A stretch of 64,000 bases of DNA, from the NCBI GenBank assembly GCA_965655095.1, contig OZ296659.1:13764001-13828000 (forward strand). The letters are read 5' to 3'. Of this stretch, positions 52,801 to 64,000 are shown one piece after another. Both the position numbers and the translations under genes were made by a program. Each line of letters begins with the position of its first letter. The stretch's first letter is position 1. Below the pieces are notes generated by a model, which worked only from the letters and a program-made list of their open reading frames with translations, searched no databases and was not told where the DNA came from. Origin of the DNA: Haplodiscus bocki. Its lineage: Eukaryota.

Positions 52801-55800
52801 GGAGCGTTTCCTGCACTAACGTTCTAACAAAGGAAGATACTCGAAACACAATTTGATTGCAATTTCTCCTAGAAACAAATCTTTGTGTTTTTGTCAATCG
52901 TTCGACTGTAAACCTTGGAGATTTAGAGTTTCTGTTCAAAACTGTATAGATCAAGTGACTTTTATGTAGTTTAAAGCAATTGTTTCATGTAAGAGTCAAC
53001 ATTTGGAGGACATAAAAACACTCTTTACTTCACGGGTTAGGTTACAATTGTGTTCTTAGGCTTGTTAAATAACTGAAGCCTAGTATACTATCCAAATCAG
53101 TGAAGATTCGATACTGACGAAAGTTATAACCAGCCCGGCCGCTGACACCCTGGAATTTTTTTGGAGCTCTCTCAGGGTCAGAGTGTTTTCTTAAAACCAC
53201 CACCAGTTTTTCAAAAATTGCAGAACTCCATAACCTAAACTAGACCCTTGACATGTAGCTTGCTCTATCTTAAAAAACTACTGAAGACTTACGAATTCAC
53301 TCGAAGCCAAAAAACTGTCGGTAGCCACTCAGAATTGAGCGCAAAAAACTCGAACTTTTTGTCAGCCAATCGAGTTCGAGCCCCACCAAACCCAAAAACA
53401 CCCGCAATTTCCCGACTAGGATAACGATTTTTTCCTTCCAGTTCATGTCCTGTCGCTATAGCCTATTATCCGCAAAGTTCCCAAAGTCGTTTTTCGTCTG
53501 AACGAAGATGGTCATTGTGAGGGACAATAATCGGCCGTTTGGGTATCTTTTGCTGAACAGTCAAAAGTTTTTTGCTTACCCAACTGATGAGGGCTAAAAT
53601 TTCATCATTTGATGGTGTAAGTTTTTATCTTTCCTCACAGACTTCGGGTAAAACCAAAGTCGTGATTCACGTTTGCTTTTCGGCTTTAGACGGTTCCGTT
53701 GAGCTAGTGGTGTATCTTGCGATTAGTGACCTTTTTGGCTGTCTATTCTGATTATAAGATTTTACTCTTCTGAGGAACTTGTTGCCATTGGAAAAAATCA
53801 TGCAAGTGAGGGAGATTTGAAAGTTTCAGTTCAATCAAGGGTCTTATCTCTAACAGTGTCAAGTTATAGAATTGATTTGATTTTTATCGACGAAAGTTAG
53901 TGCGATCATTCTAAATCTGTTTTATCAAAAAGTGCACCAGTGTGTCGCAGACGGATATTAACGGTGATTTACTAGTAGTTAATCACACTCGGCTGTAGTT
54001 AAGTAAGTAGGATGTGAATTTTCAATCAAACAACAGAGGTTCAAACGCAAGAAACTTCCGCCATTCTTTGCGCTACTTTTTGACCAATTTAAATATAGCA
54101 GTTAAGCTCCCGCAAAACCAGCCTTAAGCAAAGACTGGGATTTGATAATGAGGTTGTGTTGAATGAAAGTTGGTGTGGGGCAATATAAACGATTTACATT
54201 AGAAAACGTATGTGTGCTAGATTGACGCAGTCAATCATACCTTACAGACTCCTGAAATTGTTACTATACTGAGGTACCAGCTGGCGAACTAGGGAAGTGT
54301 TACTTTGGGTGTTAATGTCCGTCTGGGACATCAGAAAATGTTCTTTGAGCCGATTCATGTGAAAAAGTCTGCGGCACAATGCTATTGTGAAGTCTGAGGG
54401 TATTTTATCCTCCAACAGGAGAAAAACTCTGTACTGTTACGGTATTGAAAATTTGATAGCCACACATTTAAAAGCTCTGCTTACTATCGATGGCTCATTA
54501 TAAGTACTCATACATCGGAAAAAGCCTGTATGGCATCAAAAACTCAATTTCTATGATGAAGCGACATAAACTGTCTCCCATGAAACAATAACTCAATTTT
54601 TAAACACAGACGTCAAAAAATTTCTGTTTAGCGTTTCAATCCATTTTTTGTTCTCTTACACTGGAAAGTCTCTGATAAGTATCAATAGGTCGAAAATTTT
54701 ACTCAGACGTCAGAGGATGTCTGTTTTTCATCAACCAGTTAATCCCCGAACTCAGGCTTGACAAAGTTTCCTTAATGTACAAATAAGCCCATATATATAC
54801 TCATGTGTCCAAAAAGGTTTGTTTGGCATCAATGATTCAGCAAGTATATTCCTGTATTGAAAACTGACTGTAATGAATCAAAAAGTTAATTTTCAAAATC
54901 AGACGTCGAAAATTGTCTGTTTTGTATTAATATATCTGTTTTTATCCAACTCATTCGCTCCAGCTCATTTGTTTTATCTTTAGTCTGGTAACTGTTTATT
55001 ATGTGTTGCAGAAGGCATGGTGCCTGTGATGAAGCTGTTCGGTGCTGCTTAGTGTCCTAACGAGCTAGTTTCACTGTTGATTTTTAGTCACAACCTACCG
55101 GTGAAGTGTTTTTTTTCAAGTTATTTCAGCGCTGTTGTTTTTGGTGTTTAGGAAGCTGCCAAGTTATGAAAATTTAAACACTTGTGATTTATTCAAATTA
55201 CATTGTGTGGTATATAATATTTAGTCATTTTCGTATCCGGGGAAACGGAAGAAAAATTCGGTAAACCTCCGTTTTTACCTCAAAAATTTTTTCGGCTAAT
55301 GAATTTGCATTAGGATCTATCTTACAACTATTGCATCACACAATTAGTACATAGACGTAGTTTCAAAGAGTTTTAGACAATTGAAAAATTCTCTCTTGCA
55401 GGCACGACCCTTGTCCTATAAGACATGATCTCCAACCGTCCCTCCCCACAGAACTGATGAGCACACACTCTCACTACTAGTAGTGTAGATGGCGTGTTTA
55501 TCTCTGCGGCAAGAGACATACTCTGGTTCAAAATTATTTCAAAATGTACTCCAGTGGAATCCAAAGTTTTGAGTTAGTACTTTTTTTGGCCATTTCTTGT
55601 ATGCGCCCATTTTTTTTTACTTTTTCCCACATTTTTAAATTTTGTAAGAAGTAATTCCCCTCATTACTGTCAGTTTTGTTTTTTTGAATGTTTTTATGCG
55701 AAAAATTCCTTTTTGAGTAACTTCTCTCGGCAGTGTGGTGTGGACAAAAAGATTTTATGCACAAGGTCTGGGGTCGTTTATCTGTCAGGCCATGTCCACA

Positions 55801-58800
55801 CATGACATTTATCCAAAGGTCCAACAATTCCCACAGTAAAATTATTAGGAGAACAGGTTTCTGATACGCTAAGCACGGGTTCGAGTTGCAGCATTTACCT
55901 CCATATTTTTTTTTGAATTATCTGATCTTGATGTTTAGATTTGTTTTTTTTTACTCCCATCAAAATGGTTATTTTACGCCATTTCATAGTCGGTGCTTTA
56001 CTAATGAGAATGTTGACTCTTGAAGATGCTTTTTTCGGTATTTTCCTTGTGTCTTCCAGATCAAAAAGACGTTTCTACTTTTTTCTCTGATTGCTTCCAC
56101 CGGCATTCTGTTTTAAAGCATGCAAATGCAGCCACTGCCATGGGCAGGCAAATACTCTCGAACACCGAGAGGTCTCCTCAAAGAGAATTTTCGGTACTCT
56201 GAGACAATCGGCAATCGAAGAAAAACCGTATTGCGATCTGTTCTACATGAAATTTTCGTCACCAGATGTTTTAAAAAACAATTGGGTTCCCCTATGAAAG
56301 TTTTTAGTACTGTGAGACAGAAAAAGTCCAATGGAACCTGATATCTCCCTTGCGCATAATTTTTTGATACCACAAACACAAACATTCAGATACACTAAAA
56401 AGACCCCGTCACGAATTTTTTCATGGAGACGAAAACTTTTCGACAATTCATGTGATACACTCTCTATGGTGATCACCAAACCATTTGAACCCGACAGACA
56501 AGCAGCCAGACAGGAAGCCCAGTTAGTTTCAGAAACACCAGAGTCATCCAAGTATACATAAAGAATCCCTCGTTAAATTTTCGATACTGTAATACCGTAG
56601 GACGGATTTTTTTGACACCTTTTGGAGAAACCCTTCTATGGCTAACCGATGCTTCGGCGCCGGAAAGACAAGTCGCATCGACTTTAACATGTTTCCAGCT
56701 TGTTTAGTTTCTGTCCATAATTTCCAGAATAACAAAGAAGAATCAATAGTGCAGCTTATTCGGTTTCCAGACTTTGTGAGGGTCACGCAAAAACTGTGTT
56801 GCAAATATTTTACCTTCTTGTACAAAACATGTGTGCGGTGTCATTGCAAATAGGTAGCTTCAACATAGAAGGCACTAAATTAATTAAGAGCTGGTTTCTT
56901 ATCTCCTGAGTTTTTTACACACGTTTTGATTTTTTTCTTCCCTCAAAAAATTTTCTTCCGATAAAATTTATGGTTTTCTGTTTTCCGGAATGATTCATTT
57001 TTTTCTGCATTTAATTTAAAAATTTTGAGTTTTTCCGATGTTCTAGGAAACTTGAAAAAATGTGGACCTTCTGATGATTTTTGACGATCCAAAAACTATT
57101 TTCATTCTGTGAAACTCACTAGTATTGCCTCTAGGATCAAACCAGGCACAGAAAACCTATGTTAATTACTTTTCTAAATAATCCAAGGTAAATTCCTCCA
57201 AAATGACCACCTGGAGTTCTTGCAGGACACAAGCGACAATTTTTCACGTATAAAAAGTCCATTTAAGTCGAATTACGGCGGTTTCAAAACCTGGAAACTC
57301 AAACAAAGATCAATTCTGCCGAAAAAGGTTAGTTTTTTTTTAAATCGGAATTAAACCATTCTTTTGTCAAAACTAGCTGCTCATTTTTAACCGTCAAGGC
57401 CTTCTTCGACTTTTGTCACCAAATAAAATGGTACTATGGTGAAAGAATTCTCTATTCCTCTTTGCCAAAGCGACCTTTTGCTAAAACTGGCAAAGCCTCT
57501 TTGTACGTATGTTCAACCTTACTTTCCAAATTAAATTTTTCATTGAAACTACCAGCTATAACCCATGCATCAAAAATCAACCGACAGTTTCCTAATTCCC
57601 ACAATGCCCCTCAACAAACATGTCTCCGATGCCGTTTCTTCCAAATGAACCTTCAAAGACAGATTTATCCTAAAAGTGCATACATGGGTGATTTTTGTCG
57701 AAACTCAAACCGATTTTTCTCCAGTAATAGCGGCTATGATTTTTCAATGAATGTCTCCGTCGACATTTTTCTGCCTATAAAAGGCTACTCGACTGTCCAT
57801 AAATGGGTGTGGTTCCTCAAAACGGAAACCTGATACGCGGAAATTGTCAATTTTGTTAAATTTGTAGGTGGCGTCTATATTAACAGACTCGACTCTCTTC
57901 CAGAATAGCTTTCTGCATTTCTTTTATCGTGGTCTCATTCAACAGTTTTTTGTGCACAGAAATTTTCTCCACGATACGTGTTCTGGAAATATCGTTGCAT
58001 CGCAAATTTTGTGGACCGATATAGCCAACATGTGTGGTTGGTCTGATTTTTTAGCTGAAAAGGAAACTTGCTTTTTCTCAAGAAGCAGCGGCACCAATTG
58101 ACTCATGAACAAGTTATCAAGTGACTTTCTTAAAACTTGCAAAAACGTACTAGAATGTCAATTATTGCGTTTGGTTGGTCTCAACACAAACTTGGTATGC
58201 AAGAAATTCCGAAAACTGCATCATTTTATTTGTCCCCATAATCAAGTTTTTTTCGATGGAGAAAAGCTGGCTGGATTTCTTACATCCAGCTCTCATTCTA
58301 CAACTTTGTTGCTGTATGGCCTAATCCAATTTCTATTAAATGGGGAAATGTTTTTGATACTAGAATGTTTACGGACCGAAAGTTCCAAAAATCAAAAATT
58401 ATGAATTTGACATACAAACTTTTTTTTCAAAACTACCGGCTGCATTTCTTCCATCAAAGTCTCGGTGGATAAGTTCATCTGTTTGAAAGGTTACTTTGTA
58501 GAAACATACCGAATCACTTCTATTTTCTTTGGCTGAAATTGATTCCATTTGTTGTGGCTCTTCTCTATGGTCAAACTCATTTTCTTTAAAAAGACTGGCT
58601 GGAATTCCACAATCAAGATCTCACAAAATAATTTCAATGATAAAGAAGGTGATTCAGAAAATTACCTCGAGTTTTTTACATTGCTTCAAGGGCCTGACTT
58701 TTTGGTACTGCATGGAGTTATTTAGGTCAGTAGTGGAATTGATTTTTCTGGAGAGCCTTTGAAAAGTTGATTAAAAACACAATTCTCGTTTTTTAAACTG

Positions 58801-58902
58801 TTTGTAAAAATTGACCAATAAATGCCTGTGCTAGCTGGATGTCCAATGGAAAAATGCCGCAGGTTATGTTTTTCTTGTCAACACCTCAAGCTTTGACTTC
58901 GC

Positions 58903-61106
58903 TACTCGGGTCGAACTTTGTTTTCATAAAAAACCGCTATTTTACGTTAAAGTGGCGTAAAAGTCGCGAACGCGGCTAGCATTTTAGCAGAACGCCGTTA
59001 GCACATTCATACCAACAAACACTACCATCAAAGCCTTTAGGGTTGCCGTTGAACGCCGTTAACGGTGTTATTCCACAAATACTGCTTCTAAAATATTAAA
59101 ACAAGTTATTTCACGTCATGAAGAATCAAAAACTCATGGTCAAGCAAAACCTATTCCACCAAGGGTTGTGAAGTTTTCAGTTTTTTGAAAGTGTGGGAAA
59201 ACCGATGAGGCTTGGAGTTTGGTCTTGAAAAAGCTTGCAATGTCAGTTCAACCGAACATTTCCTTACCAAGCAAGACTACGGAAAAGTTTAACGTGTAAA
59301 GTCTTGACCTCTCAGCACGAGTTTTTCTAAAGTTCCGACAGTTCTATTCTGATTGTTTTTCTCACAGTTTTCATGCTTTCGTTCTATTTTTGATGTTTTT
59401 GTTTTTTTGGGGTCATCGTGTTCTTTTGGGTGAATTTTGACTCAAAGATTGGAAGTTTTGATTTTTTTTCCGGTCTGGAACCTTCAAAGAAAACTCATGT
59501 TTTTAGAAAATCCTCCATCTACTTGATATTTTTCCGCAATGATGGGACTTCAATATCGAACTTGTACGCCGCAGCACTGTGAGTCTCAGTGGGAATATCC
59601 TCACTCGCCACGACTAGACAAAAAGTAAACATATAAAAACTTGACTTCTCAGCTGGAGTATCGCAAATGTTCCGACAGCTTTAGCCTGAGTGTGTTTCTT
59701 AAGTTTCCATAAAGTCTTTTCCGTTCTAGTTGCAAATTTCTTTTGAATTTTTTATTCTTCAGGCCCCTGTAATTTTGTGGGTCATTTTCTTATGCAAAAT
59801 ATCAAAATTTTGATTTTTTTTCGTGGTCTGGAAATTTCAAATCGTTTTCAAATGAAACCTTTATTCATGGAAGGACGTTCATTTTTTGTAATTTTGAACC
59901 ACAGATGGTGCATTTTTTCTGCACTTGCAAATGGTAACCTGCTAGTTTTAATTTCGAGGTTAACACAAGCCAAGACCAAAAATGTGGAACATACAAAGGC
60001 GTAAAGTCTCACTGTTTGAGTCTCGGAAATATTTCAGAAGATTTTATCGGAATGCTTTTTCAAAACTTTCTTTAGTTTAGTTCACCCTGGTGATGAGGTC
60101 TTTCTTTATTTGCTATCCCTTATGATTTCATTCTCATGTGGTTTGTTTTGCTCAGTCATGTAGCCAGTTGAAAGGTTTTTGTTTTTTTTTCGTTGCCTGG
60201 AATCTTTAAATGGTTTCTAGATGAAACCCTTGATTTTGGAAGATGAATAATTCTTTTTATTTTTTCCACAATTAAAAGTGCTTTGAATTTGCATCTGCAC
60301 GCGGTAGACCTGTGAGTGTCAATTAGCGTGTCATGAACAGCCAAGACTAGACACAAGCTGAACAATAAAGACCTAACTTCTCAGCTGGAGTGTTCCAAAC
60401 GTTCAGACAGAGTCTGAATGTTTTTCTGAAATCATCCTAAGATTTCTTTCTTTCTAGCTCCAAGGTCTCCGTTTTTTTCATATTCTTTAGGCCCTGTGTT
60501 TCAGTGGGTTGTTTCTGGTACAAATATTGAAAATTTTGATTTTTTTTGGTCTGGAATCTTCAAACGGTTTTTAGATAAACCGATGTTTATAGAAGAGCCT
60601 TCATATTTTGTAACTTTTTCTGCAATGATAGGGCTTTGAGATTGTACGTCCACCTGGTATCCCTGCGAGTGTCAGTGACCATGAGACGAGCAGCGGAGAC
60701 TACACAAAAGTTAAACATGTGAAGACTGGATTTGCTTATTCGAAGTTTCCGACAGTTATAATTCTAACAATGTTTTTTTTTCGCTCGCCGTTTTTTTTAT
60801 TTTGTTGCTCTAGTTCATACTTCTTCCTCTTTAGACGCTGTTGTTGGTTGTGAAGGTTTTCAATTGGGAAGTTGAAGCTTTTAGATGTTGATATATAATG
60901 ACGGAGAAGATGGTCATCATCCTTTTCCGGGATACCAGCGTAAAAAGTTCGCCGGCTTTTTACTGGTATAGCAACGGAATTTAACGCCGCTATTTTTCCA
61001 GTTGAACGCCGGTTTTTTCCAGTTAATAACGGCTTCTGTGGCTAATTTTTACCGCCGTTAACGCCCTTATATCGGAAAAATTTCGGGCAACATTTCGAAC
61101 CGGGTA
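58903..61106. mobile_element. Non-autonomous TIR element containing ~5 degenerate ~355-bp tandem units
   Basis: Ends TA|ctcgggtcgaactttg and caacatttcgaaccggg|TA. Subterminal aacgccgtta motifs at both ends. Unit anchor gacta..caaaag.taaaca.. at ~59276, 59612, 59974, 60345 and 60698. Confidence 0.6.
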
Positions 61107-62134
61107 CCTGTCGTCCGACACGTTGGGAAAGAAGCAATCTATGTAGCTACCAAACGTTACAAGTCTCTCCAGTCGTTCCTTAGGCAAATGTTGGCGAAAT
61201 ATCTATCTCTGCATATATTATATGAGTCGTGGTAATGGTTGCTTTGAATATTCAATTGAAACAACTGGTGCATGAACATCATGTGTTTGAAAGGGCGAGA
61301 AAATTGTTCCCACACACTGCAAAGTCAACGGCCAGCTGTTTCATTGGCAATAATGTGGCGTGTATGGCAGTGCCTGCACGTTAAAGTCTTGGCAGATTGT
61401 TCTTAATAATTAGATTATTGACATGTTGTTCAATGATTGCTGATGTGACATCGTATTCGAGTTGATCGGACACTGTTTGTCGTAATGTCTCCCTTTCTTA
61501 CGAGTCGTTGAAGCTATAAGCAGCTTCGATGGGAGTCATTTATGGTTCGTATAGGCGTCACAAATTCATTGAAGGAAACTTCTAAAATCTGGTTTAGGTA
61601 AAGATGCTCCGCAGGTTAGGTTGGGCTAATACGTATACCTAGTGTTTGGCTCGCGCGGTATTTCCCGTGTCTCATTTCCTTGCTTGTCAACATCCGGACA
61701 AACACATAAACCATATTACCGTTCTTGAGTAAGAAAACGTAATCGTACTTTCTTTCCAGCCCTGTATATATGTATACATATGTACATGGCTGGAAAGTAT
61801 ATATACGTCGATTATAAGTATATATTCGATATACATCGATTATTCTAAGTAAATATACGTATATATACGACGATTTTCTCGATATAGCAGTTCAAAATGT
61901 CACTGGTAATATTATGTAAGGAGACAAAAGTTCGATTCATTGCACAATGACATGTTGCTGTGGCATGGTGGAATCCAAAAATCAATCACACCGATTCTGA
62001 CATTCTGACAAACCAGTTTCACAATCAAAGCCTGTTTTTGGCCCATATTTTTGCGTGAGCATTATTTGACAGAGAGAAGATGTGAGAACTAAGCTCGTGC
62101 AATATTGAATTCGACGCTGCCTGACTGAGACAAG

Positions 62135-62545
62135 GTTTCTGTCGTGGCCATCTTCTGCGCCAGAGTTTTCCGTCATCTGGTTGTGGAAGATGCCTGCTTC
62201 AGGAATAGGATCACTCTGCGAGTGGTCCTCATTCGTTCCCTGGCTTGTACTTAATGCGTTCCGGGACGCCTCCGGAGCGGTTCCGGAGTGGCCCGGAAGT
62301 AGCGGGTTCATGAGAAAGTCGTCAAGTCGTGCTAGTGCGCCTAGTAGGCGGTTTTCTGTTCTGCGAAAACTGTTGCAACAACTTTTTTGGGACCCTTCCC
62401 TCAATTTCCTCAGAAACCTGAGTTATGTAGTCTTCTTGTGATCTGAGAACATTCGAGTTTTGTGCCATATTGTCTCCAGGATGTTCCTCACAATTTTTTT
62501 TTGTTCTGTGCTGCCAATTTCCTCTTGTTTCTAAGAGTTGCCATC
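62135..62545 (-). pseudogene. Broken ORF of unknown, probably transposon, origin (MATLRNKRKLAA...RTENRLLGALARLDDFLMNP)
   Basis: ATG at 62545; frameshifted continuation into ORF 61982-62404. No domain recognised. Confidence 0.35.
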
Positions 62546-62754
62546 CTCTACGGAAAAGTAATGATCAGTCGTTACTAATTGAAAATCTTTTCCTGAAGGG
62601 AAACCATTTTGGGTTTTTTAACAGTTTCCAATGATACAGCGTAGGGAATTAACAATACTGGGTATTATCGTCAGTACTACAAAATAATGATAACTCTTCT
62701 GTTTTTGTACTTTCTTTTCTCCTATTTATATCTTTTCCTGGCGGGAAACATAAA

Positions 62755-64000
62755 TGTTTACACGCCAAGTTAAGGTAAAAAATATGGAAAAGTACTTTAT
62801 AAATTAATTTAACTAAGTCAAAAATGCCGACTCTGGTGGAAAATAGACAACTTATCCATGCATCTCTTCCCTCATAGGGCGCGCCTTTTCCATCTTCCGA
62901 CAGAAAAGGGACGGAACTAATTCGTCGGAGATGGACATCAACGTGCTTATTTCCGCGCCGACATATTGTTTACAGTCTTGATATTAGGAAATTCCTTAAC
63001 TAGGAAAACAAAAAAAAACTAAAATAGAAAAAAAAGTAAAATAAGAATTACATAAATTTTTTACAAAAATGCAGTTAATCATCATCGTCTTGCTCATTTC
63101 ATCATCAATTAATCTTTTTGTCTTCTACTTTTTTAGAAATGAGAAGAGACTAGTAGCACTACTAGTTTACTCCTCGTTTCGACGAGTAGCTACTAGTGGT
63201 ATCCGTAACAGCTCCGTAGCCACTAGTAGTTTTAGTTGAATTTAAGTGAGCTGTGCTCAAATGAGAAGTGAACACGGAGTCACTCAGTGTACACCATAGC
63301 ACTGCAACACAGCATAGTTGGAATAGCTTTATTGACCTCACCAGACTAGTAACGACGGAACACGTACGGAACAAATATTCACTCCGAGAGTCTATTTTAT
63401 TGCAAACAAGTCACGCTACTTCTAGCGCTAATTTAAATTAAGTCACCGCTGTCAACTGAACTTATTGCAAACAATCACCGTATTTGTACAGAAAAGGTGG
63501 ATTTATATTTAATAACTAAAAAAAACAGATTAATATAAAAATAGCAGCTTTAAAGTTATTAATGCTCTATGAATACTTGTTTGTTCCGTAACGGTTCCGT
63601 CCTAGTCTGGATCACTTCAGTGAAGTTTTCTGTATGAAATACGTACCACTGAATTTATGTACTTGTTCTGGATACGTATGCGATACGTATTCGTATATGT
63701 ATACAAAGAATAAAAATAGTCTAAGAGTAAAAAGTTAAGAGCTTGAATAATAGTTTTAGAGTTTGAGTTTCTCCCAGAGCATTAGGGTGTCTTTTTGTCT
63801 GGTTGGGGCTGGCCGCATGCCTCGTAGGTGTGCTGAGACACTACCCCTTTTTGAGGAAAAGACATCCCTATGCTCAGTTTTCTCCTTTGTCGTGGTGGAG
63901 GGGTGGAGGGGCCGGTTTGGAGGACGGGCTTGAGGCGAACGATATTTGTCTGGGTTCATTGGAGTCAAATGTTTCGTTAGGAGAAATATCTCAGTAGACC
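62755..64000 (-). mobile_element. Possible 3' end of an LTR retroelement (ORF end at 63756, long 3' non-coding region, PPT, partial LTR)
   Basis: Purine tract gagggaagaga (62873-62863) followed by TG on the minus strand. A GC-richer ORF end lies near the window edge. Confidence 0.35.

Noticed and set aside
55900-56900. Additional packaging ATPase (LFDNSCDT Walker B-like; GAGKT)
   Set aside because: The GAGKT lies after the putative Walker B and the sequence is too eroded. A similar weak signal at 47100-47600 was also left uncalled.

Overview
AT-rich, repeat-dense animal genomic DNA with GT-AG introns; an aquatic invertebrate is inferred from the transposon clades. It holds two host genes, both on the minus strand: a 4-exon phosphorylase kinase gamma (PHKG; CDS 21129->9129, about 400 aa) and a 2-exon PELP1/Rix1-like gene (23917->21788, about 672 aa). 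Most of the rest is mobile DNA: an RTE-type LINE relic, a complete GalEa-like Ty1/copia element with 100-bp LTRs and a GTAAC target-site duplication, two deleted hAT elements, decayed Maverick/Polinton modules (pPolB, MCP, protease, ATPase, integrase, mCP), a tRNA-derived SINE and a TIR element carrying ~355-bp tandem repeats. The standout is the 3' half of an endogenous-retrovirus-like LTR element in PHKG intron 1. It carries a class I fusion (F-like) env, then an array of about 13 short stem-loops with compensatory base changes, then a splice acceptor and an accessory coiled-coil + DnaJ-like gene (HPD replaced by SPD, Cys-rich tail), then a PPT and LTR. All family assignments come from motif recognition by eye; no searches were run.
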